Assembly (NCBI GenBank): GCA_964016885.1
Contig: OZ024761.1
Coordinates: 11,842,001 to 11,906,000 of the forward strand
Length of the DNA: 64,000 nucleotides
From: Eledone cirrhosa
Taxonomy: Eukaryota
Reading direction: 5' to 3'
Below the pieces are notes generated by a model. The model did not search any database, was not told where the DNA came from, and saw only the letters and a list, made by a program, of their open reading frames with translations. Positions 12,738 through 24,146 of the stretch are shown one piece after another; the stretch's first letter is position 1, and the number at the start of each line of letters is the position of its first letter. Both the position numbers and the translations under genes were made by a program.

Positions 12738-13248
12738 AGAACTGTTTCATTCGAATGAAACAGTTCTAGTCCTGTAGAAGACCTTTCTATATTAAACATT
12801 TATACTCTGTTATGTATTGAGTACCTTACTTACTGTGGTTACCTCCGATTGAACCCGGGGGACACACACATATATATATGAAAATACGGCTGAGCTCCGT
12901 CCGTTTCAACATCTAGATCTGAACTCTGATGCGTTAGGGTCCATCTGGTACCACACTTTCTTTGTTATATATATAAATATATATAGATTTATTAAAATAG
13001 CAGATTAAAGTTTAAGCAAAGAATCGCTGCTTTCAACCTTAACAGGATCTTCTGAAATTCAGATCCCGTTAAGGGTGAAAGCAGCGATTCTTTGCTTAAA
13101 CTTTAATCTTTTATTTTAGTAAATATTTGCTCTAGGGTTCTTATATATTTAATATATATTTATCCTTATCGGGCCCTCTGGATTTTAGTCTTCACATTTA
13201 TTATTATTACTATTATTATTCCTATTATTCCACATTTATTATTATTCC

Positions 13249-13433
<185 letters not shown>

Positions 13434-13467
13434 AAAGCAGTGATAACCAGAGCTACATACTGATTAA

Positions 13468-13687
13468 CCCTTTAATGTTCAAACCGGCCAAAACTGGCCA
13501 GCATCCCCTACCTCTTTCTGTTGAAACTGGCTGTAACTGGTCGCTCAAACTGATGTTAAGGTATTGTTCTCAAAATAAATACTTTCAAAATCTCATAGAT
13601 TCAATGTTATGTGAGATAATTATGTGAGGTAAAGCCTTTACCATGAAAATACAATAGTACATATAGAGTAATGTGAATGCTAAAGGG
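13468..13687. mobile_element. piggyBac-like MITE, 220 bp, unexpanded reference copy
   Basis: TTAA on both sides (13464-13467, 13688-13691); ends CCCTTTA..TAAAGGG; holds a single copy of the 72-bp unit sequence. Confidence 0.85.
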
Positions 13688-13722
13688 TTAACAAGAAACT
13701 TTAGTATATTGATAGTACTCAC

Positions 13723-15180
13723 TTCTTTATCAGCATGGTAATCCGAAACAAGGATAAAAGGAATGGTTGTCAAGGTAGCAAATCCAAAACCAGTAATTGC
13801 AGCAACTGCATTTACGATGATTATATTGTGACAGAGTACCATTATGAACATAGCAAAGGAAAAACTAGCCATTCCACAAATGTATGTTAATCTGCAACCA
13901 TATCGTTCCACCAGCCGCTCAATGAATGGGGAATACGCAGCCGATGTCATGCAGTGTAATAAGAGGCCCCAGCTTCCCATTCGTACACCTTCATCAAAAT
14001 TATTCCGTGACAAGGAATTCTCTGGAGCATTAGGGTTGCCATCGTAAACGGCCTGACCCACATAATCGGTGTAAAAAAGTGTGAAACCCATGACGGCAGT
14101 CCAACTGCAGAAATTAGCAGCTGCTAGCTGCCGAAGAACAAGTGGGATATCGAGTAAACCCTGAATATTCTCAGGTAGTCGATGATACACACCTGCACAA
14201 AGAGATCGCAAAAATCGTTTGCTATATTTACAGATATGATAAATGATTGGCAATTTAGCAGTCAATAATGATAAGCCAAATATACAAGAGATAATTTTTG
14301 ACATGTAAATAGGGGATGAGTTGATGAATCTGTTTGATGGTTGTCTTTGATTTTTTAGTAATGTTATGGAAGAAGTGGGGTTATTATCGTCCGATACAGA
14401 CTCATTGCTGCTTGTTTCATAACCAGACTCATGAATATTGTTTGTCACTAAAGGCGTCTCTTCCACTTCTCCAGAATACAGTAGAGACGTTTGTTCTGGA
14501 ACATTCTGCAGTTGTGGTGTCTCCTCTGCGACCATTAGTGTAGCAGCAGATGATAAAAGGTACAAAACTATAAGGATTGCAAAAATCGATTGCTCTTGTC
14601 CACCAAAATAGTGTCCCAGTGATGTGTTGCTCCAGTCAAGAGCCGTTATCAAGTAGCCGACACAGCCACCAAAACTGACCATGAAAGAATAGATGGTAAA
14701 AATTCTCTCTTTCTTGTCTGTGTCTTTGGAAGCGTCTGAAAGGAGAGCTTCACATGGTGTGAGTAACGACTGTGTTGAGAAATCAAGCAAGATAACTCCT
14801 GCTGTCAAAACTAAAACTCCCATATGTGTGTTACTCATCACTTCACTCAGTTCCTCGTGGTAAAGACTATCTCCAGTCAGAATAAATACAAGTGATAAGA
14901 GAATCAGCAGCGATATCCAGAATATGAAGGGACGCCTTCTTCCGTATTTGCTCTTGCACTGGTCACTAGCACGGCCCATGAGGGGCACGATAATTAAACA
15001 TAGAAGTGGGCCCATTCCAAGTATGATGCTCATGTTCTCCTCAGAGTAACCAACTTTGAGTAGCAGTGGAGAGATGCACGTGAAACCAGCACATGCACAG
15101 ATTTCCACACCGCAGACTACGGAGTTGAGTAGAACCATCTGAGACAAGGTTAAAGTTTTCTGGCTTTGCTGTAACATCAT
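13723..15180 (-). CDS. SLC45A3: SLC45-family (SLC45A3/prostein-like) MFS sugar transporter, large first coding exon
   Basis: First in-frame ATG at 15180; motifs CGVEICACAG, MGRASDQCKSKYGRRRPF, LLDFSTQSLLTPCEALLSD, FYTDYVGQAVYDGNP, FDEGVRMGSWGL; donor GTGAGT at 13722, phase 0; candidate acceptor TTTCTTTCGACAG at 15351-15350. Family call is firm, paralogue assignment is tentative. Confidence 0.9.
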
Positions 15181-15859
15181 GAAGGTTTGTCGTGCAGTTT
15201 CACTGCCAGAAGAATCAGCCAAAGCTCATAAACATTTGTGCAACATGTGCAGTTTCTTTGTCAATTCAGATGTTGTACTGCAGTTCACTTCAATACTCCA
15301 ATCCATTTTGAGGCTGTGTGACAGGTTGCAGAAGGACGGGTGTTCCAGGCTGTCGAAAGAAATAAAGGAAAATATTGGATAATTTTAGAAAAATTGTGAT
15401 AGCAATGAGAATCATAAAGACAACAACAAAAACAAAACATTTTATAGTCATGTCCTCTGCTAGGGGTTAGCTTTGAGGATCCCATCACAAGCTCCTCCAT
15501 TTCACCCTTTCCTGTTGTACCACATTCCCTCACCAAACTACTGAGTTTTATTTAGATCTGTATATGGTTTAGAATAGTTAGGTCTGTCTACAAGCACTGG
15601 AACATTAAAAGTTGTCACAGAATGGAGGCTGCAGTGTGTGGTGATTGAACAAGGACAATGTAGTGCTAGCACCATGATAAATGCACCCAGTACACTCTGT
15701 AAAGTGGTAGTGCTTGGTGCAATGATAAAACACACTCTGTCCACTCTGTAAATATCTGTATATATAGGTGTGTGTATATATAAGTGTGTGTCTGTATATC
15801 TATAGGTGTGCTAGCACCACATGTGTATATGCTCATGTTCTCCTCAGAGTAGCCACTAC

Positions 15860-16072
15860 CAAAATGGTAGTGCAGGTGCCACAATAAAAGATACCCAGTC
15901 CACTATGTAATATGATAGTGCTTGGTGCCATGATAAAACACACCCTGTTCACTCTGTAAAGTGGTAGTGCTTGGTGCCATGATAAAACACACCCTGTCCA
16001 CTCTGTAAAGTGGTAGTGCTTGGTGCCACGATAAAACACACCCTGTCCACCCTGTAAAGTAGTAGTGCTTGA
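15860..16072. repeat. 49-bp tandem repeat derived from a SINE-body-like segment
   Basis: GTGGTAGTGC recurs at 15961 and 16010; related arrays at 56335-56510 and 58920-59560. Confidence 0.8.
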
Positions 16073-16214
16073 ACCCACAGCCCTGAAATTAAGGGCATCA
16101 TGTTCTACTGACTGAGCTAGCCAGGCTGCTTACAATAGTTAATAATTTTAGTAAATCCCTCAAAATGTTTCATTCATTGGATGAAATAGAATTTATTTTA
16201 CTAGAAGGCACATA

Positions 16215-16546
16215 GAGGCACATGGCTTAGTGGTTAGAGCATTGGCCTTGCAATCGAAAGGTTGTGAGTTCAATTCTCAGACCGGGTGATGTGTTGTTTC
16301 CTTGAGGAAGACACTTTATTTCACATTGCTCCAGTTTACTCAGCTGTAGAAATAAGATGATAGGGACTGGGGTCCCTAACATTCCACTGCAAAGTGTTCA
16401 TGGAGGTGCCACAGAAAAAAAGCACCCAGCACTCACCGTAAGTGAGGTTGGTGTTAGGAAGGGCATCCAGCTGTAGAAATCAGCCAGAATCAGTTCCCGT
16501 CCCACCCTTGCAAGCAGGGAAAAGCGGACGTAAAATGATGATGATG
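16215..16546 (+). mobile_element. tRNA-derived SINE, full length
   Basis: A box TGGCTTAGTGG, B box GTTCAATTC, 3' end GCGGACGTAAAATGATGATG. Confidence 0.88.
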
Positions 16547-17387
16547 AAATAACAACCTTGACTGGGTTAACAATAGTTACAAAGTTTTTTTGACAAAAAC
16601 TTTAATTAAATAATGACAACAATCTACTATTATGTGGAATCCTTGAAATACAATTGCTCATGACTAAATAGATTTTTAGAATATTTTTTTAGAGGTGGAG
16701 TTAGTGAGGAGGTGGGTGTCTTTCTATTTCAAATTTCACAAATGGAAAAAATTAACAACAATAACAGATAAACAAACAGAAAGACATTGCCCCCCCCCCC
16801 CCCCCCCCCCCCCCCCCGCAAAAAAAATACCCCTCAACAAAATCAAACAAAACAAAACAAAAAATGATTGATGAGTATTTATTGGTAATTAACCTATTGA
16901 TTAAGATGATTGATGAATATTTTATCTGTTGTCAGACAGTGGTTGTTCAATAAATGGAACAGCCTGCTCATGAAGTGGCAGACACGTGTACCTTTAATGC
17001 AGTTCTCAGGGAGATTCACCGTGACATTGTGTGTAAGACAAGACTGGAGCATTCCACAGACACTGCATAGCTTTACTGTTGTTCTCAGGGAGATTCAGCA
17101 TTCCACAGACACTGTGTACCTTTACTGTTGTTCTAAGGGAGATTCAGCATTCCACAGATCCTGTGTACTTTTACTGTAGTTCTCAGGGAGATTCAGCTTG
17201 ACATTGTGTGTGACAAGACTTGAGCATTCCACAGACACGTGTGCCTTTACTGTTGTTCTCAGGGAGATTCAGCATTCCACAGACCCTGTGTACCTTTACT
17301 ATTGTTCTCAGGGAGATTCAGCATGACATAACAGAAAACAAAAAAACACCAGAATTCTGCCAAAATTAACCAAGTTGCTGGAATTAA

Positions 17388-17720
17388 CCCTTTAGCATTT
17401 AAACCAGCCGTATCCATTAAGTTGTAGTATACCTGAGCACTCTACACAATTTTATTATTATTATTTTTTAATTATCTCACCTCTTTCTGTTCAAACTGGC
17501 AATATCTGGCCAGAATTATCTCACCTCTTTCTGTTCAAACTGGCAATATCTGGCCAGAATTATCTCACCTCTTCCTGTTTAAACTGGCCATATCTAACCA
17601 CTCATACTGATGTTAAGGTACTGTTCTCAAAATAAATAATATCAAAATCTCGTAGATTTGATATTATGTGAGGTAAAGCCTTTACTGTGAAAATACAATA
17701 GTAATGTGAATAGTAAAGGG
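17388..17720. mobile_element. piggyBac-like MITE with internal tandem duplication
   Basis: TTAA-CCCTTTAGCATTTA..TAAAGGG-TTAA. Confidence 0.82.
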
Positions 17721-17745
17721 TTAAAGTTACCCCCATCCCTTCACC

Positions 17746-17933
17746 CAGTGCCGGACGTAGAACAAACGAGGCCCTGTGCTGGTTAAGTTATGAGGCCCCT
17801 TACTGGTAAAAAAATTAATTCAAAAATCTTTTGGGCAGGAAGATACCCCACCCTCCCTCCCAGCCAGCCAACGATGGGTGCGGTGAGGCTTTGCTGAATC
17901 ACACCTAAACACAATGGTAAATCTCCAGCAATG
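17746..17933. mobile_element. hAT-like MITE
   Basis: Imperfect TIR CAGTGCCGGA/TCCAGCAATG; 8-bp TSD CCTTCACC at 17738-17745 and 17934-17941. Confidence 0.7.
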
Positions 17934-18025
17934 CCTTCACCCCTCACCAAAGCAGCAGTTAGCCATATAGACCCCTAACCACCCTCGGTTCCCCCTTCCT
18001 TCTTCTCCTCAGTTAACCCTTTAGC

Positions 18026-18531
18026 ATTTACATTACTCTATATATACTATTGTATTTTCACAGTAAAGGCTTTACCTCACATAACATCTCACATAACATT
18101 TACATTACTCTATATATACTATTGTATTTTCACAGTAAAAGCTTTACCTCACATAATATCTCACATAACATTTACATTACTCTATATATACTATTGTATT
18201 TTCACAGTAAAGACTTTACCTCACATAATATCTCACACAACATTTACATTACTCTATATATACTATTGTATTTTCACAGTAAAGGCTTTACCTCACATAA
18301 TATCTCACATAACATTTACATTACTCTATATATACTATTGTATTTTCACAGTAAAGGCTTTACCTCACATAATATCTCACATAACATTTACATTACTCTA
18401 TATATACTATTGTATTTTCACAGTAAAGGCTTTACCTCACATAATATCTCACACAACATTTACATTACTCTATATATACTATTGTATTTTCACAGTAAAG
18501 GCTTTACCTCACATAATACCTCACATAACAT
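18026..18531. repeat. 72-bp minisatellite, 7 units (CACAGT variant)
   Basis: Unit AACATTTACATTACTCTATATATACTATTGTATTTTCACAGTAAAGGCTTTACCTCACATAATATCTCACAT. Confidence 0.95.
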
Positions 18532-18742
18532 CTCGTATACGAGAGACGTGTGTTGACGTGTGTGAACAAGCTCGGCTACCGAGTCGGATTTACTTACTCA
18601 AAAAGTGAGTTTTGATTAATTTTTTTATACTGTAATATACGTTAACCCCTTGCCTTGGTCGTCAAACTTTGAGTTTATTTATTTTCGCCCCTTTTTGGGG
18701 CGAATTTTCCAGTTAAAAATTTATTACGGCAAACTAATAGAA

Positions 18743-20450
18743 ATGGACGGAATTTTCACATCTCATCCTAACGTGAAAGCCACGCCCCCTAAGAAAGGTG
18801 ATACAGAGAAGCTAGAAGCACAAGGCTCTAAGTCTTCCCTCCTGACTTCTGCAAAAGAAACATGGAACACGGAATTAAAAGAAAAATTTGTAAAAATGGG
18901 TGAAAACCCAGAAAGTCACATAAACGCAGACAAAAACAACAACGACAATAACAGCAATAGTCACAACACCAACCAAGGAAAAAATAACGATAACACCAAA
19001 CAAAGCGAACCCACTACTGGTACCTCCTTTGCACAGGCGGTCCGGAAAACACAAACCTGCAAGCAACTGGACATTACAACTCTGAGAGAAAAGATGAAGG
19101 AAGCGAAACAGTATGTAACTTTCAAAGAAGGAGGAGACTTCACAATCACCTCCCCACAAGAAATCAAAAGAGACACGACGCTAAGAACGATATCTTTCAG
19201 AACAATTTCCAACATAACAAGGAAACCAACTCAATTATCCCAAAAAGAGATTGAGCTGGTCCTAAAAAATGTGTGGAGTGATATATCGTTCATACAAAAA
19301 GGGCCACTCTATGGGAATATAACGGTCCTAATGAAGGATCAATTGACGGCCAGGAAATACTCTGTGGCACCAATTGTTTCCAAGCTACATACATTTTTCC
19401 CCACATATTTAGGGAAAAGAACGCAGAAGATAAGGGTCTCCGGAATCCGGCCAAATGCATGCATTTCCTGGGTACTAACAGGATTTTTAGAAGACGAGGA
19501 CGGAATCCTCTCAGTAGGAGAAGTCACCACAGACGTTTTCGGCGGTTTGAGCGTGGAGGTTCTGGTCCAAATGAGACCAGAACGAATCGCTAGAATACCA
19601 CAGAGGGTGTCCCTCGATGGAGAAACATTTATATATATTTCAGCCGAGGGTAGGAGGCCCATATGTTACTACTGTTCAAGCAGGGGTCATCTAAGGGCTG
19701 CTTGTCCTCAATTGACAAAAAAAAAGGCTCTTTTGCCTACACCCCACACACCACCACCGCCACCACCACCACCACCACCACCTCCACCACCACCACCACA
19801 ACAACAACAAAAACAACAGGGAAAAATAACACAAGACACGGCCCCACCCAAAACAACTCCCAAAACACACACAAATACAACAAAACCCCAAAATACACCA
19901 CTACCCGACAGCACGGACGAGGACCCAGCGGAAACGGCACCTAGTGACGAAGAGGGGGAACCCTTCCAACCTGTAAAAAGGAAAAAAAGAAAGCACCACT
20001 CGAACATAAACGAAACAAACACACAACCACCAACAAACACAAAACATAACACATACAACAAAACGTAAGCACACACAAGAACAACAAACAAACACAACAC
20101 AAATAAAACAGTATACATACATTAACACAAATAACAAAGAACTAGTAAAAACAATACACAAAGACCCTTTGGTGGAAACTGAAGGGCAATTCTTTGCAAG
20201 CGCGGCCAACAAACCGCATTTAAAAATGATAAGACTCCCAATGGACACCTATGCAAAACTAAGAGAGAACTTTCCTGAGGACGTGGGGAAAACATGTACT
20301 CGACCCTATAACCGCGTCCTCTTGAAACGTTTCCCCACCCACACCTCACCAAACACCCCCACTCTACCACAGAACAACACCCCACCAAACAACCCCTCCA
20401 ATACGCCCATGGATATTGTGCAACCTGCTCCTCAGGAGCCGAACAGGTAG
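18743..20450 (+). pseudogene. Tx1-like ORF1, frameshifted
   Basis: Net 35-bp deletion near 20035 relative to copy 2 gives a stop at 20068; the remainder continues in another frame to 20450; CYYCSSRGHLRAAC knuckle intact. Confidence 0.8.
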
Positions 20451-20471
20451 GTCCTTCCTCTTTTAACCAAC

Positions 20472-23400
20472 ATGGCTGATATAAGAGTTGGGTGTCTGAA
20501 TGTACGTGGCCTGGGACTGTCTTGGAAACAAGGCAAACTTTTAAACGATCTCAGGTCGCATAGAATGGATGTAATGGCTATTTGCGAGTCCAGGATCAGC
20601 AGCGAGCACCAACTGGCGCCCCTCTTCGACGACTTTGAGATCTTCGCATCTCTCTGTCAACCGGGGGGTGGGGGTGGAGTTGTCGTTCTGCTGCGAAAAC
20701 ACCTGGGGCTCGCCATACAGAAGGTGCACCTGGACCCGGAGGGTCGACTGGTGGTTTTAGACGTCGGCAGTAGTGAAAGTGGAGCCCTTAGACTAATAGC
20801 TGTGTACGCCCCTTTTTGGGCAGCGCGGCCGGAATACTTCCAACGTCTGGAAACTTTTCTGGGAACGTCCCGCTCCTTGCTTTTAGTGGGGGACTGGAAT
20901 GGTATCCTGGATGCACGTTGGGACTATGTAGGGGCATGTGCCAATAGAGGGGGGTGTAAAAGCCTCAAAAGGTTAATCGGCCGATTTGACCTGGCCGATA
21001 GATATCGACTAGATTTTCCGACTGTACCACTATGGACGTGGACCAATCGCAGTGGAACATCTAGGTCGTACCTAGATAGGGTCCTAGTTAGAGAGAACGA
21101 TAGGGACACATTTAGCTGTCCAAAAATGTTCATGGTTGACTATTCGGATCACAAGTTAGTGACCTGCATAGCCAACCTTGATAGAACCCATAGACAGGGA
21201 CCCGGTTACTGGAAGCTGAACTTGTCCTTACCGAGAAGCAAAGCTTACAGTAAACGGATTAGCACGTTAGTTAAGCAGAGTTTGACAGGGGCAATTGTCA
21301 ACAACAGGTGGTGGAGCTCTCTTAAGAGAGCAATTAGAATAGAATCGATAGGTTTTAGTCAGGAATTAGCAAGGGATAGGAACAAGACGGAAAGGGAATT
21401 AGTAGATAGAGTAGAAGAGGCGATTAGGAGTGGCAATGTAGCCGGCGTGCTGGCATCAAGAATGGCCTTAGACCAGTTCTTTGAGGTGAAGCATGAAGGC
21501 TGCGTTGTCAGGAGTAAAATACGTGCTCTGGGTAATGAGGGAGCCAAAGCTGTGAGCTGGGCCCGAGTGACAGAGGCAAAAAGTGGGAACAAGTCCACGA
21601 TTCGGTCTTTGAAGGACCAGGATGGGCGTGTGATCCTTGAACCTGGGCAGATGTGTGCGGCCTTTCAGCGGCACTTTGCACGACTGTTCGAGAGGGGCGG
21701 CGCGCCGGGTGAGACTATGGATTTCAATCCATACCTCGACGGTCTGCCGCGCCTCTCGGACGCGGAGGCGAAGTCCTGCGAAAGGACGATTTCAGCTGCT
21801 GAGATAGGGGCGGCGCTGAGCCAATGCGGCAAACGCAAATCCCCGGGTCTCGATGGTCTACCATACGAGCTATATGTAGCGATGCCGGACTTGTTCTCCG
21901 ATATCCTCGAAGCGGTCTACTGCAACTGGCAGCAGAACGGGAGAATTCCCAGTTCTGTGACCAAAGGCGTAGTTACGCTGGTGAGGAAGGATGAGAACAA
22001 GGGGGATGACATAAGTAACTTCAGGCCCATAACTCTGCTAAATACAGAGTTAAAGATTTTGGCCAAGGTGTTAGCGAAGAGGTTGGCGCTTGTCGTTGGA
22101 AACCTGGTGGGAGAAGCGCAGACATGCGCAATCCCGTCCAGGTCCATTCACGACAATCTCCACCTTATGCGATACATCATAGAGAGGGTAGGGAATGAAC
22201 CCGGCTTTGGTGGGGCCCTGATCAACTTGGATCAATCTAAAGCTTTCGATAGGGTTGACCATCGTTACCTGGATGCGGTGCTCGCGGCGGCAGGCTTCGG
22301 ACCCGTTTTCAGGGGTTGGATTGCTGCGATGCACAGCAGCAACGTCTGCTCAAGGGTCAAGGTGAACGGCCACCTCTCGGAGCCGTTCCAAATCATGCGA
22401 TCCATCCGACAGGGATGCCCTCTCTCCTCCCTACTGTATGTGCTGGCTCTTGAGCCACTACTGCGGAAGTTGGAGCGGTTGCAGGGCATCCCTTTGGAAC
22501 CGGGATTGCAGAAAGCGGCGTCGGCCTACGCCGATGACGTGACAGTAATGGTGTCGAAAACCTCGCAAATCGGTGAGATCGGCACCTTACTGGAGGAATA
22601 TGAAAGGTTTACAGGAGCCAAGCTGAACCGGGACAAGTCCGTCGGTTTGCAACTCGGAACATGGAGAGGCAAACCGATGCCCTCCAACGACGTCGTCGGA
22701 CGCTGGACGGAGGGCCCGGTGAAGCTGCTTGGGGTCTGGTTCGGACCAGACCTCCAGGTGGAGAAAAACTGGAACGAGGTAACGGCCAGGGTGTTTGCAC
22801 TCACCCAGAACTGGGCCCAGTGCAAACTATCCCTGAAAGGTCGAGCGGAGGTGGCGAATACTTATATAGCATCCGTCATCTACTACCGCTTGACCGTCGT
22901 GCCTTGCCCAGTGAAAAGACTCGCCAAAATGGAGTGCGCGCTGTTCCAATTTCTTTGGAACAAGCGGACCCCTTTGGTGAGGAGATCCATCTGCTGTCAA
23001 CACCCTTCGAAAGGAGGGCTGGGGATGCCGTGGCTACAGATGCGTAAACACGCATTAAGGCTACGGCACCTCCAGGTATTCCTCACCGGTCAACCGGTGT
23101 GGGCCCCGTTTGTGAGGCGAGCCTTTCCCAGACTCGTCTCGCTCACCGAGCTGCAATCCTGGGTCAAGCAAAGACCGAGAAAAGTGGGCGACTGGCACAT
23201 TGAATGTGCCCAGGCGCTCACGGCCCTCTGGAAAGCGGACCCGGCAATCAGTGGAGACTCCACATCGACATTCTATAGAGGGTTGGTACGCAGCAGGTGC
23301 GACGATGCTCTCGGAGAAGCTCTAGGCATGGAGGAAGATGAACTGGCCAGTCTGTTCGTTAGGACGTTTGGCCCTGGACCGATGGACAACTTCCAAAAGT

Positions 23401-23909
23401 CCCTGGCTTGGCAGTGCTACCGAGGGGCTCTACCCGTTCGAGACAAGCTCCACAGGCATGGGAGCCTGGGTAGAGATCCTTTGAATAAGATCTGTCCGAG
23501 ATGCGTGCATGATGACGAAACCGTTGCGCACGCATTCGTACACTGCCCAGGCATTGCTGACCTGTGGGGCTATGTGAAACGACTACTGTCGAGGGTGGGA
23601 CCAACCCGGTTGACCACCGAGTCCATTGTCACGATCAAACCGCCTCCCCCTTTCAAAAACGAAGGAGAGGCGGTTTTTCTCTGTGTGGTAGCCATGGCTA
23701 AAGAAGTTGTATGGTGGACGAGGCTGAAAGGGCTGAGGTCAGACACCTTTCTCTCCGGCCAACAACTGGTCCCCTTTTTCAAATACCATTTTAAAAGAAG
23801 GATCAGAATGGAGAGAGAGGTGCTCTACCCCAGCAAGTTTTATGAAAGGTGGGTGAAAGTAGGGAGAATGGCCAGAGTGAATGGGTCTTCTCTCTATATC
23901 AGCCTGTAG
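20472..23909 (+). CDS. Tx1-like ORF2: AP endonuclease, reverse transcriptase, C-terminal zinc finger
   Basis: LNVRGL, VYAP, GDWN, SYLDRV, SDH (APE); KSPGLDGL, FRPITLLN, DQSKAFDRV, QGCPLS, YADD (RT); CPRC..ETVAHAFVHC. Confidence 0.95.
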   Translation: MADIRVGCLNVRGLGLSWKQGKLLNDLRSHRMDVMAICESRISSEHQLAPLFDDFEIFASLCQPGGGGGVVVLLRKHLGLAIQKVHLDPEGRLVVLDVGSSESGALRLIAVYAPFWAARPEYFQRLETFLGTSRSLLLVGDWNGILDARWDYVGACANRGGCKSLKRLIGRFDLADRYRLDFPTVPLWTWTNRSGTSRSYLDRVLVRENDRDTFSCPKMFMVDYSDHKLVTCIANLDRTHRQGPGYWKLNLSLPRSKAYSKRISTLVKQSLTGAIVNNRWWSSLKRAIRIESIGFSQELARDRNKTERELVDRVEEAIRSGNVAGVLASRMALDQFFEVKHEGCVVRSKIRALGNEGAKAVSWARVTEAKSGNKSTIRSLKDQDGRVILEPGQMCAAFQRHFARLFERGGAPGETMDFNPYLDGLPRLSDAEAKSCERTISAAEIGAALSQCGKRKSPGLDGLPYELYVAMPDLFSDILEAVYCNWQQNGRIPSSVTKGVVTLVRKDENKGDDISNFRPITLLNTELKILAKVLAKRLALVVGNLVGEAQTCAIPSRSIHDNLHLMRYIIERVGNEPGFGGALINLDQSKAFDRVDHRYLDAVLAAAGFGPVFRGWIAAMHSSNVCSRVKVNGHLSEPFQIMRSIRQGCPLSSLLYVLALEPLLRKLERLQGIPLEPGLQKAASAYADDVTVMVSKTSQIGEIGTLLEEYERFTGAKLNRDKSVGLQLGTWRGKPMPSNDVVGRWTEGPVKLLGVWFGPDLQVEKNWNEVTARVFALTQNWAQCKLSLKGRAEVANTYIASVIYYRLTVVPCPVKRLAKMECALFQFLWNKRTPLVRRSICCQHPSKGGLGMPWLQMRKHALRLRHLQVFLTGQPVWAPFVRRAFPRLVSLTELQSWVKQRPRKVGDWHIECAQALTALWKADPAISGDSTSTFYRGLVRSRCDDALGEALGMEEDELASLFVRTFGPGPMDNFQKSLAWQCYRGALPVRDKLHRHGSLGRDPLNKICPRCVHDDETVAHAFVHCPGIADLWGYVKRLLSRVGPTRLTTESIVTIKPPPPFKNEGEAVFLCVVAMAKEVVWWTRLKGLRSDTFLSGQQLVPFFKYHFKRRIRMEREVLYPSKFYERWVKVGRMARVNGSSLYISL

Positions 23910-24146
23910 GTGAAAGAAGAGGAAAAAGAGGAGACGAGGGAAGCACCTACTCTTTGTGCTCCTGAGGAGAAGGGTTACACATTTTTTCCGGGGTGTGTGC
24001 GACCCATGTTAATGCCCCCTCCCTATTGAGGACTTCGTTTGTTGTTGTTATTTCATTGTTATATTTTTGTACTCGTTAATTATATGTAAACTTCCCCCCT
24101 TGTATCTGTCCCTACCTTTTGTGCCCTAGTGGCAAATAAAGAAACC

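Larger units (their letters stand above)
18532..24146 (+). mobile_element. Full-length L1-group (Tx1-like) non-LTR retrotransposon, copy 1
   Basis: ORF1 with CCHC knuckle plus ORF2 APE-RT-zinc finger; 5615 bp; ends AATAAAGAAACC. Confidence 0.92.

Noticed and set aside
13585-13722. C-terminal 45 aa of the 545-aa ORF
   Set aside because: Reads through a GTGAGT donor into intron and MITE; the true C-terminus is in the 9365-9069 exon
15181-15222. ORF-track start of the transporter at 15222
   Set aside because: It is a TTG codon; the first ATG at 15180 fits the SLC45A3-like N-terminus
16215-16290. tRNA gene
   Set aside because: A/B boxes belong to a multi-copy SINE head followed by SINE body and tail
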